Source: Roseibium sp. (GTDB lineage Bacteria > Pseudomonadota > Alphaproteobacteria > Rhizobiales > Stappiaceae). From it: DNA of 64,000 nt. Where the stretch lies: NCBI RefSeq assembly GCF_965216085.1, contig NZ_OZ244138.1, positions 5,121,377-5,185,376 on the forward strand, read 5' to 3'. Shown piece by piece: positions 10,412 to 18,444 of the stretch. The notes under the pieces were generated by a model. That model did not search any database. It saw only the letters and a list, made by a program, of their open reading frames with translations, and was not told where the DNA came from. The stretch's first letter is position 1. Each line of letters opens with the position of its first letter. Both the position numbers and the translations under genes were made by a program.

Positions 10412-11722
10412 TTAGTTGCCGGTGGTCTTGGAGAACCGCTCCAGAAGCTTGTTGCCATCGGCTTCGATGGTTTTGAAAGCGTCTTCAACAGAGGTCTCGC
10501 CGGACAGGATCTTACCGTATTCGCGGTTCATGATGTCGCGGATCTGGACGTAGAAGCCCATGCGGTAACCCTTGGTCCACTCGCCGCCCGGCAGCGTCAG
10601 CTGCTTGATGCCGATTTCGGCAGCCGGAGCGCGGTCATAGTGGCCGTCTTTCTTAGCCAGCTCATAAGCAGCATTTGTGATCGGCACATAACCGGTCTCT
10701 TTGTGCCACATGTACTGGACTTCCGGAGAGGTCAGGTACTCAAAGAAAGAAGCAACACACTTGTTTTCGCCATCCGGCTTACCAGCCATGGAGAACAGAG
10801 CCGCACCGCCGATGAAGGTGCCCGTGCCGGCGCCGTCAACAGCATCCCAGTAAGGTAGGTATGTTGCAGAGAATGGGAACTCAACGGTCTTGGAGATGCC
10901 ACCGAAGGAACCCGAAGAACCGAGCCACATGGCGACCTTGCCTTCGTTGAACGGGGTCTGGTTGTCGCCCCAGCCGGTGCCATAATAACCGAACAGGCCA
11001 TCGTCCAGCCAGCCTTTGACGGCGGTGAAGTGGTTCTTGATCGGCTCACCGAAAATCAGTTTGGTGTCCTTCGCACCGTCGTAACCGTTGTTGTTGGTTG
11101 CGAACTGCTGGTTATGACGGGACTTGAAGTTCTCTGTGAAGATCCACGGCAGGTGAGACTGAGCGAGTGGCACATAACCAGCTTCTTTCAGCTTCGGCGC
11201 GATGGTCTGGAATTCTTCCCAGGTCTTCGGAGCATCAACACCTGCTTTTTTCAGCGCGTCTTCATTGTAGTAGAGAATCGGCGTGGACGAGTTGAACGGC
11301 ATGCCGATCATCTTGCCTTCGCTGTCCGCATAGAAGTTACGAACACCTTCGATGTAATCATTGATGTCGAAAGCGACGCCAGCGTTTTCAAGAATTTCTT
11401 GTGCTGGGATCGTTGCGCCTTTTGCGCCGATGATTGTTGCGGCACCCGCATCAAACACCTGCAGGATGTTCGGCTGTTCGCCAGCGCGGAAAGCTGCGAT
11501 ACCAGCGGTCAATGTTTCTTCATAGGTGCCTTTGTAGACCGGCGTGATCTGACAAGCATCTTGAGATTCATTGTAACCGTTTGCGATGTCGACAACGACT
11601 TCACCAAGACGGCCACCCATTGCGTGCCACCAGGAAATGTCGGTCGCCGCGTAGGACGCGGAAGATGTACCCAAAAGGGCCGCTGCAGCTACAAAGCTGG
11701 CGACGGTCTTACGGTAAGCCAT
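10412..11722 (-). CDS. ugpB: sn-glycerol-3-phosphate ABC transporter substrate-binding protein
   Basis: Signal peptide followed by the blocks WWHAMGG.LGE, YKGTYEETLTAGIAAFRAG, ILQVFD and PFNSSTPILYYN, which closely parallel E. coli UgpB as remembered. A GGGAG RBS precedes ATG 11722. Confidence 0.85.
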   Translation of the reverse strand: MAYRKTVASFVAAAALLGTSSASYAATDISWWHAMGGRLGEVVVDIANGYNESQDACQITPVYKGTYEETLTAGIAAFRAGEQPNILQVFDAGAATIIGAKGATIPAQEILENAGVAFDINDYIEGVRNFYADSEGKMIGMPFNSSTPILYYNEDALKKAGVDAPKTWEEFQTIAPKLKEAGYVPLAQSHLPWIFTENFKSRHNQQFATNNNGYDGAKDTKLIFGEPIKNHFTAVKGWLDDGLFGYYGTGWGDNQTPFNEGKVAMWLGSSGSFGGISKTVEFPFSATYLPYWDAVDGAGTGTFIGGAALFSMAGKPDGENKCVASFFEYLTSPEVQYMWHKETGYVPITNAAYELAKKDGHYDRAPAAEIGIKQLTLPGGEWTKGYRMGFYVQIRDIMNREYGKILSGETSVEDAFKTIEADGNKLLERFSKTTGN

Positions 11723-11833
11723 AGTGTTTGCTCCCATCTAGAAGGGCGGTTGCCCCGATCAGCAGTTGGTTCATCATGACGCTGACGGCTTCTTCAACGC
11801 CTGAAACGATAACGCCTGCGTTTCGTATTGTTT

Positions 11834-11866
11834 TCATATGAACGTTATATGACGCTCATATGAACA
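11834..11866 (-). promoter_or_regulatory. candidate Pho box (three tandem 11-bp repeats) upstream of ugpB
   Basis: The plus strand reads TCATATGAACG / TTATATGACGC / TCATATGAACA. In the direction of ugpB this is (T/C)GT(T)CATAT(G/A)A with an 11-bp period, about 110-145 nt upstream of the start. The E. coli Pho box is CTGTCAT-A(A/T)A(T/A) as 11-bp direct repeats. Confidence 0.45.
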
Positions 11867-12225
11867 TTAAACGACGCCTTTCCCGCGGCTGCAAGAGAGA
11901 AGTTTTCAAAAATGACTTTTGTTTAGCTAACTGAGTATCTGGTTGCATTTTTTCAGATCTCTACTTTTAGGAATACGAACTCAGTAACCAGATACACTTG
12001 TCTTTGCCGTAGCGTAGAAAACTGAGCAATTCAGTCTTGAAAATAAGGAGTTACCAGACCCGTGCAGCGCGGCAGCTAAAGCCAGAAAACCAAAAAGTCG
12101 GCCGCAAACAGTCTGCCAATCCACAAGACCATCACCAAACCTCGAAGCACAAAAGTATCTTCTGCGCTCCAGCTTACAAAAACTGCGAAGACATCTGCCA
12201 CCGGCCTGGCATCACAATGACATGA

Positions 12226-12702
12226 TCACACCATTTGTAGCGCCAGAAGCGCCACCACGATATATCGGACTGTCTTTGCCAGCCCGACCAGCATCAAGAA
12301 CCGCCACCACGGTTCTTTAAAGACACCGGCCACAAGCGTTACCGGATCGCCGATCAGCGGCATCCAGCTTGCCAGCAAACTCCAGTAACCGTAACGCTCG
12401 TACCAGCCCTGAGCCGTTTGATACCATTTGGAAACCTGCCCTGAATTGCCGGCCGGACGGGCAAAGCGGATGGCGCCCAGCCCAATAGCCCAGTTCACCA
12501 CTGAACCAAGCGTATTCCCGAGGCTGGCAACAGCGATCAGTACGAAGATGTCTTGCGGGTTGGCAGCCACCAGATAAGCAAGGCCCAATTCCGATTGGGC
12601 CGGCAGCAACGTCGCAGCAAGAAAGGCGGCAGTGAACAAAGCGATCATGGCGCGCTGCGATATCACAAGGCGCTGGCCGCTGTCATTCTGAAACAGCCGC
12701 AT
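12226..12702 (-). CDS. YqaA-family (DedA/SNARE-associated-like) inner membrane protein
   Basis: 158 aa with 4-5 TM helices. The blocks SELGLAYLV, GNTLGSVVNW and IGDPVTLVAG are characteristic of YqaA-type proteins. Confidence 0.65.
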   Translation of the reverse strand: MRLFQNDSGQRLVISQRAMIALFTAAFLAATLLPAQSELGLAYLVAANPQDIFVLIAVASLGNTLGSVVNWAIGLGAIRFARPAGNSGQVSKWYQTAQGWYERYGYWSLLASWMPLIGDPVTLVAGVFKEPWWRFLMLVGLAKTVRYIVVALLALQMV

Positions 12703-12798
12703 TTAAGAGACCCTGGCCCGCTTCATCAACACCTGCAATGCGTTGGACAGGGTGCCGGAATTGGCGTTTACTCGGATGTCATTGATGAAGAGGCCATC

Positions 12799-13764
12799 AT
12801 GAAACGCTTTCTGCTCCCGTTCTTCTGCTTGACTGTTTGCATTTCTGGTATGGGCACCGCCAATGCTGCTCAGCAGCTTATCTCCGCAGCCAACGGCAGT
12901 TGTCTAGCCAATCCTAAAGGCAGCATGGAACCAGCGACACGTCTTGTTGTTGTGCCATGTAATGGGAATCCCAATCAGCTTTGGGAGTTTTATCCCGATG
13001 GCCGGATCGTGAATGCCAAGTCCGGCCTCTGCCTGAGCGTTCCTGCAAAGAAGTTGAAGCAGAGGGCAGGTGTTTATCAGGCAGATTGCAACAACAAAAA
13101 ACACCGGCTGTGGCAACCAGAGTATGTTGGCGATGCCGTCGTCAAAGTGCGCTCAGGAGGTGGTTTATGCCTGGACATCCAGAACAAAGGCAAAAAAGCT
13201 CGGTCCAAAGCCGTCCAAGCCACATGCGCCGAGAGCGCCAGCCAAGTCTGGCAGGTCGCCAACGCACCGGCATCGAAGGCGGCTGCCTCGGCACCTTCGG
13301 CAGCATTTGATCCCGAAGACCCTGTCAGAGAAATCATCTCCATAGCCGCAAGCAATTTTTCCGTTCCGTTCCCAGGCGTAATGCTCGATTATTTTGCCGA
13401 AGGGCGGTTGGAACGTATCTACAGCAAGGACCTGATCGGTTTTTATAAGCGGGCCATCAAAACCGAGGCGGCTCAGCAAATGGGCGGACGCGCGCCTGAT
13501 TTTGATATTTTCACGGGCACCCAAGATGCCTGCCCTTTGGAAAACATCTCACTCAAAACGGAAAAGCCGTTTGAGTCGTCCTGGGATATCTCCGTCACCT
13601 ATCAATATCAGGCGTGTTGGGGGAACCCCGTCTTGTCCAAGACCGACTTCATTATCATTGAAGAAGGCGGACAGCCGGTGATTGACGACATTTTCACATA
13701 TGATGAAGCGGAAGCCGTCAGCTCACTCAAGGTCGCACTGGATCAGTATGTGCTTGGGCGGTGA
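12799..13764 (+). CDS. secreted ricin-B-type (beta-trefoil) lectin domain protein with an unknown C-terminal domain
   Basis: Signal peptide MKRFLLPFFCLTVCISGMGTANA. It has repeated (Q)xW trefoil motifs (NQLWEF, HRLWQP, SQVWQV) with CL..P/CLD. The longest-ORF start at 12553 overlaps yqaA and was rejected. Confidence 0.7.
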   Translation: MKRFLLPFFCLTVCISGMGTANAAQQLISAANGSCLANPKGSMEPATRLVVVPCNGNPNQLWEFYPDGRIVNAKSGLCLSVPAKKLKQRAGVYQADCNNKKHRLWQPEYVGDAVVKVRSGGGLCLDIQNKGKKARSKAVQATCAESASQVWQVANAPASKAAASAPSAAFDPEDPVREIISIAASNFSVPFPGVMLDYFAEGRLERIYSKDLIGFYKRAIKTEAAQQMGGRAPDFDIFTGTQDACPLENISLKTEKPFESSWDISVTYQYQACWGNPVLSKTDFIIIEEGGQPVIDDIFTYDEAEAVSSLKVALDQYVLGR

Positions 13765-13803
13765 TCTAGTTTCGATAATGACAAACACAGCACTGTATCA
13801 ATA

Positions 13804-14184
13804 TTAATAATCAATCATCGACAAAAAGTACGCCATTGCCAGAAACGGGATTGCAGCTTCACCAATTCTTTTTAGTTCAAATGAGGCCTTTTTCTCTGTC
13901 TTAACAACCAGATAGGTTGAGTAAAAAATCAAAACATAAAAGCCAAAAAACAATATCCATTCAGCAACTTCAGTAACCATATACCCAGAAAAACTCACTT
14001 CAAAATAGGCATAAAAGCAAAAAATAATTATAGAAACCAAATATAGAGAATAATTACTCCCAAATATCAAAAAGTTTCCCAAAAATGACACTATTACATT
14101 CAAGGCAAAACCCAAAAATATAATAACCCATTTTTTTATTCTGAAGCCAGTCACTGCAAATATTACCGCAAAAAAAGAATACAA
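13804..14184 (-). CDS. hypothetical multi-pass membrane protein in a very AT-rich orphan gene
   Basis: 126-aa ORF with 4 predicted hydrophobic helices and F/I/Y/N/K-rich composition. It is much more AT-rich than its neighbours and has no recognisable motif. Confidence 0.4.
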   Translation of the reverse strand: MYSFFAVIFAVTGFRIKKWVIIFLGFALNVIVSFLGNFLIFGSNYSLYLVSIIIFCFYAYFEVSFSGYMVTEVAEWILFFGFYVLIFYSTYLVVKTEKKASFELKRIGEAAIPFLAMAYFLSMIDY

Positions 14185-14240
14185 GATTTTTGAGGCTTAA
14201 CGGAAATAGCCAGATTCAATATGATATCGAAGGAAGAAAA

Positions 14241-14270
14241 TGGTGGACCTAAGGGGAGAAGAATTGAACC
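14241..14270. repeat. degenerate copy of the 3' end of tRNA-Ala (possible att remnant and left island border)
   Basis: tggtggaCCTAaGGGGAgaagAAtTGAACC compared with the tRNA gene end at 46200: tggtggaGCCTAGGGGAATCGAACC. The blocks TGGTGGA, CCTA, GGGGA and GAACC are shared in the same order and orientation, with 3 small indels. Confidence 0.3.
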
Positions 14271-14342
14271 GCTTCTTCCAGGTTTTGGAAGAATGGGAAT
14301 CCCATCTCGCACAACATGATCTTAATGATCTGAGGTGCGGTG

Positions 14343-14771
14343 ATGAGAAGTATAGATAACGATTACAATAAGATATCCAAAAACAAGAAGACAAAGAAGG
14401 ACCCACCGTTCTCCCTGCGGCTGACGTTTGAAGAGCGCGCAAGGCTTGAAGAGCTGGCAGGCGATGAACCACTCGGTTCATATATCAAGCGAAAAGTGTT
14501 CGACGGAAAAGGTACGGGAACGAAAAGGGCGCGTTCACGCACTAGAAGGCCTATCAAAGACGAGAAAAAGCTGGCCTACGTCCTCGGTATGCTTGGTCAG
14601 TCCCGTCTTGCAAACAATCTCAATCAGCTCGCAAAAGCCTCTCACATGGGCACTCTACCCGTGTTGCCTGACACCGAACGGGATATCCGCCGTGCCTGCG
14701 CGGATATTGCGTTCATGCGGCGCGAATTGATGCGCGCTCTCGGTTATAGAACAGATACGGAGCCGTCATGA
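14343..14771 (+). CDS. mobC: MobC-like relaxosome accessory protein (ribbon-helix-helix)
   Basis: FSLRLTFEERARLEELA is an RHH beta-strand plus helix, and the NNLNQLAKASH motif is typical of MobC-family proteins. The gene overlaps the relaxase start (ATGA). Confidence 0.7.
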   Translation: MRSIDNDYNKISKNKKTKKDPPFSLRLTFEERARLEELAGDEPLGSYIKRKVFDGKGTGTKRARSRTRRPIKDEKKLAYVLGMLGQSRLANNLNQLAKASHMGTLPVLPDTERDIRRACADIAFMRRELMRALGYRTDTEPS

Positions 14772-16180
14772 TTTTAAAGGGCTCCCAGCGCGGTGGCGCA
14801 AAACAGCTTGGTCTTCATCTTCTCAAAACCCAGGAAAATGAACATGTCGAAGTTCACGACATCCGAGGCTTCATGTCTGAAGACATCGTCGGCGCGCTTC
14901 GTGAAGCCGAGGCGATTTCCAAAGGCACCAAATGTCGTCAGTACCTGTTCTCTGTGTCATTGAACCCACCTGAAAGTGAAACGGTACGGATTGAGACCTT
15001 TGAAAAGGCACTTGAGGCGATAGAAGAAATGCACGGGCTCGTTGACCAGCCACGAGTAATCGTCTTCCATGAAAAAGAAGGACGGCGGCATTGTCACGCA
15101 GTCTGGAGTCGGGTTGATGCCGAAACCATGACGGCAAAGCCTCTTCCCTTTTTCAAAAACAAGCTACAGGAAGTCTCAAAACAGCTCTATCTCGAGAACG
15201 GCTGGCAAATGCCACGCGGCTTGGTTGACAAGCAGAACCGTGATCCTCGGAATTTTACCCTCGCTGAATGGCAACAGGCAAAAAGGGTCGGGCGGCATGC
15301 TGGCGAGATAAAAGGGTTGATCCAGGAAGCCTGGGCAATCTCCGACACGCGCCAGACCTTCTCGCACGCGCTGGAGGAGCGGGGTTTTTACCTTGCCCGT
15401 GGCAATCGTCGCGGTCACGTCGCCGTAACCTTCGAAGGTGAAGTGATTGCGATTCCCCGTGCCGTCGGCAAGAAAACAAAAGACGTCAAAGAGCGTCTCG
15501 GCAAATCTGAGGAATTGTGTAGCGTTGAGGAAACCCGACAACGGATCGCCCAAGAAATCCTGCCACGCGTGAAATCACACCTTGATGAGGCTCGGGGCAA
15601 AGCCAGGGTGGAAACTGGCGCTCTGAATGCTCGGCGTTCTTTGATGCTCAATAAGCACGTTGAAGAACGGGCAAGGCTTGATGCGGGTCAGAAACAACGG
15701 TTCGAGGATGAGGCACGCCAACGAGCGGATCGCTTGCGCAAAGGCGTTTTAGGACTGTGGGACAAACTGACGGGCAAACACGCCAAGATCCAAAAGCAAA
15801 ATGAAATAGAAACTATGTGGGCACTCCAACGCGATCGGGAACAACGGCACGCGATCCTTGCGTCCCAGATGCAGGAGAGGCGAGACTTGCAAGCCGAAAT
15901 CAAGGTCACTCGCAGCAAGCATGCACAGGCTCTGCTCGATCTTCATTCTGACACTGCCAATTACCGTTTGATGAAACGCGGTGAAGAGCCAAGGCCGAAA
16001 GCAAAATCCTCCTTCGATCGTTTGGACGACTTGCGCGAAAAAGCCAAGCAGCCAAAGACTCGGCAGACAGCAATCAGACACTCCGAATTTGAACGACAAC
16101 CCAGATCTCCAGGTGAGCGGCTTAAACGAGCGCGTGAGCGCAAGCAGCGGCAAGATCGCGGACCTGAGCTTGAACCATAG
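14768..16180 (+). CDS. relaxase/mobilisation nuclease (MobA/VirD2 superfamily)
   Basis: The N-terminus MILKGSQRGGAKQLGLHLLK...NEHVEV and the histidine-triad region HEKEGRRHCHAVWSRVD match conjugative relaxases. The C-terminal half is a basic coiled coil. Confidence 0.85.
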   Translation: MILKGSQRGGAKQLGLHLLKTQENEHVEVHDIRGFMSEDIVGALREAEAISKGTKCRQYLFSVSLNPPESETVRIETFEKALEAIEEMHGLVDQPRVIVFHEKEGRRHCHAVWSRVDAETMTAKPLPFFKNKLQEVSKQLYLENGWQMPRGLVDKQNRDPRNFTLAEWQQAKRVGRHAGEIKGLIQEAWAISDTRQTFSHALEERGFYLARGNRRGHVAVTFEGEVIAIPRAVGKKTKDVKERLGKSEELCSVEETRQRIAQEILPRVKSHLDEARGKARVETGALNARRSLMLNKHVEERARLDAGQKQRFEDEARQRADRLRKGVLGLWDKLTGKHAKIQKQNEIETMWALQRDREQRHAILASQMQERRDLQAEIKVTRSKHAQALLDLHSDTANYRLMKRGEEPRPKAKSSFDRLDDLREKAKQPKTRQTAIRHSEFERQPRSPGERLKRARERKQRQDRGPELEP

Positions 16181-16323
16181 CGCCAATCTGGATTGCTTTT
16201 TCCTCTCTCCAGTTTTCAGTAATTCCCTCCAAACCATCAGGCCTTCTCTGAGCTGACGATGATGTGGACGCGGGCCGAAAGGCCCTGAACGGTTCGGGGT
16301 CTCCTTGAAAACAGGAGGAAACG

Positions 16324-16503
16324 ATGAAACTCATCACCCGTTTTGAAGCTGCGTCTCGCAGCACACGCGAACTTCATGCATTGCATAGCGAGGCTGTTGT
16401 CGCCTTTGCGCATGCAGCACGCGGATCGGAAGCTCGCCGCAATGCTTTGAGCTCGCTTCACAATATCGAAGCTGAATTAGCCATGCGCCCGCACGGGTTT
16501 TAA
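16324..16503 (+). CDS. small hypothetical protein (59 aa, below the ORF-track cutoff)
   Basis: ATG 16324 to TAA 16501-16503 gives MKLITRFEAASRSTRELHALHSEAVVAFAHAARGSEARRNALSSLHNIEAELAMRPHGF. A terminator hairpin follows immediately. The call rests on the open frame and context only. Confidence 0.35.
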   Translation: MKLITRFEAASRSTRELHALHSEAVVAFAHAARGSEARRNALSSLHNIEAELAMRPHGF

Positions 16504-16513
16504 GTTCGTAAAG

Positions 16514-16540
16514 CGGCCGATTTTTCAGTCGGCCGTTTTT
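16514..16540 (+). terminator. rho-independent terminator
   Basis: 7-bp stem cggccga/tcggccg with an 8-nt loop and TTTTT at 16536-16540. It lies between convergent genes. Confidence 0.6.
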
Positions 16541-16576
16541 CTTGGGCATGCAGGACTGATCTTGAAAACGCTCGGA

Positions 16577-16780
16577 TTATTCCTCATCGCGATACTCGCG
16601 CAACTCGGCTGCGCAGATGCGGTTAGAACCGCATTTGTTGCAGGTATAATGGTCTCGTTGATAGTCGTAATCGAACATCTCAAGGTGACCGCGCGGGTCA
16701 TCAATCCCTGTTTCTTCCCACATGCCGCATTTCATACATTCAACGGATAGGGCTTCGTAAATTCTCACATAATCGACCAT
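16577..16780 (-). CDS. small zinc-ribbon protein, co-transcribed downstream of ardA
   Basis: 67 aa with CxxC...CxxC (CMKCG ... CNKCG). It starts 39 nt downstream of the ardA stop on the same strand. Confidence 0.5.
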   Translation of the reverse strand: MVDYVRIYEALSVECMKCGMWEETGIDDPRGHLEMFDYDYQRDHYTCNKCGSNRICAAELREYRDEE

Positions 16781-16818
16781 GTCTTTTCCTTTCTTGTTGT
16801 TGGTTGGTCAGGTCGCAA

Positions 16819-17325
16819 TCACGCGCAATGAAAAATGAAATGCACACCCGCTATGGTGGCTTCGGAATAATCGACCGACAGATCGCGGGCGATAGCGTCA
16901 TAATCGATGTAAAATTGCAGGCTTTCGGGGATGTCGCCGTAAAGCCCTTCCTCAACAAATTGCTCTGCCAGCTCCCGCATGGATGATAGCTCATAAAGCG
17001 TTAGATCGATGCTGCTCGGATCATCTGCAACTTGTTCATGGGAATACCCGCACTCGCCGACTGCGATAATGTAGCGGTGTTTCTCGTCTTCATCCCAATC
17101 TTCAACGGCGTCGAAATAGGCTCTGAAATTCGCTTGATTGATGCCCCAGGCTCGCGCCAATGCGCAGTCAATGTCTTCCCCGTCGATGAATTGGATTTCG
17201 TATTCCTCGACGATCTGACCGCAATCATTTTCGTTGTATTTTGCTTTCGCCTCATAGTCCTCGGCACTCTCAAAACAAAAGTCGCAGGCTGAGATATCGT
17301 AGGGTTGTGCATGAAGAAGGATCAT
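16819..17325 (-). CDS. ardA: antirestriction protein ArdA
   Basis: Highly acidic 168-aa protein. The C-terminal block ELAEQFVEEGLYGDIPESLQFYIDYDAIARDL parallels Tn916 Orf18/ArdA (..YYIEETGALGEVPASLQNYIDYQAYGRDL) as remembered. Confidence 0.85.
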   Translation of the reverse strand: MILLHAQPYDISACDFCFESAEDYEAKAKYNENDCGQIVEEYEIQFIDGEDIDCALARAWGINQANFRAYFDAVEDWDEDEKHRYIIAVGECGYSHEQVADDPSSIDLTLYELSSMRELAEQFVEEGLYGDIPESLQFYIDYDAIARDLSVDYSEATIAGVHFIFHCA

Positions 17326-17784
17326 AGCTGCCTCACTGGTTAGGGTTGGAGCAGCGCGAGAAACCTTTCACCCCGCGCTTGAACCCTTGCCCAGCGGCGA
17401 GCGTCCGAATTGAACTAAGAAGAAAAGCCGCCGATCCGTATGCGGGCGGCGACACATAAAAGGACGGGAGTACCGTCAACAAAGCGCCCCAAAGTCCTGT
17501 CGCTTGCGACGCCAAAGGCGGTTCCGACAACACGGGAGATGCGGCTCAGCCGTATCGAAGGGAGCGGGCAGTCGGGATCAGGGCTATTGGATCAGGCGGG
17601 ATGAGACGGTTTAAGCTGAAAACAGGGTTCCAAGAGCGTGTGCAACACGCCCAACAAAGACGGTGCAAAACACCGACCTACCCAAAATCGCGCAAGGGAT
17701 GAAAGCCGACAGGCCGAGACACCAGGCTCGGTTCACGACAGCCCGGTCCTGTAAGGGATGCGCCATAACAGTTGAATGCAATGA

Positions 17785-18444
17785 ATGAATCCTGATCTAC
17801 TGAAACTCGGTTTACGAAAGGAAGAAGCACTCAAGATGCCAAACAGCTCCAACGAAAAACCAACAGTCGGTATTTTGGCTTATGGTTCATTGATTTCCGA
17901 TCCGCGCGCTGAGATTGAGAAACACCGCACCGACACTATCAGAGATGTGATAACGCCTTTCCATATTGAGTTCGCGCGCCAAAGCAGAGGGCGCGGCGGA
18001 GCACCGACGCTGGTCCCCGTTACAAACGGCGGCGTTCACGTCACAGGCCAGGTATTCGTGATGGATTTGCCCGAAGCAGAAGCAGCCGACGTGCTCTACC
18101 GCAGAGAAATCGATGATGTCGGAGGGCACAAAACCTACAAGCGCCCGGCGACGGTCACAAAAAACAGTGTGCTTGTTGAACGCTTAACTAATTTCGCCGG
18201 ACTGAACGTTGTTCTCTACACAAAGATAGCGGCCACCATTGAGCCTCTCACGACGGAGAAGCTGGCTGAGCTAGCCATCGCGAGCGTGTCCAAAGCCGAT
18301 CCCACACGCGATGGCATTAGTTACCTGATGGCAGCAAAAGAGAACGGCATTGTGACATCCCTCTCACCAGCTTACGTAGCGGAAATTCTCCGAAAGATCG
18401 GATGCGAGACACTTGAAAAAGCGCTCGCCGAGCTCAAAGACTAG
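17785..18444 (+). CDS. gamma-glutamylcyclotransferase/ChaC-like fold protein (tentative)
   Basis: VGILAYGSLISDP is a YGSL-type N-terminal strand, and a later L..RE motif (VLYRREIDDVGG) resembles ChaC/GGCT catalytic elements. The start may instead be Met18 (17836). Confidence 0.45.
   Translation: MNPDLLKLGLRKEEALKMPNSSNEKPTVGILAYGSLISDPRAEIEKHRTDTIRDVITPFHIEFARQSRGRGGAPTLVPVTNGGVHVTGQVFVMDLPEAEAADVLYRREIDDVGGHKTYKRPATVTKNSVLVERLTNFAGLNVVLYTKIAATIEPLTTEKLAELAIASVSKADPTRDGISYLMAAKENGIVTSLSPAYVAEILRKIGCETLEKALAELKD

Noticed and set aside
9816-11779. Long plus-strand ORFs (199, 230 and 249 aa) across ugpA and ugpB
   Set aside because: They are antisense to clearly homologous ugp genes. The translations are Arg/Gly-rich with no motifs and no RBS.
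12553-12798. Upstream extension of the ricin-lectin ORF (longest-ORF start at 12553)
   Set aside because: The extension overlaps the yqaA coding region on the opposite strand and is basic low-complexity sequence. A canonical signal peptide begins at Met 12799.
14197-14481. 94-aa minus-strand ORF covering the tRNA-like fragment and the mobC start
   Set aside because: It overlaps the well-supported MobC gene in antisense and spans obvious non-coding repeats, with no motif.
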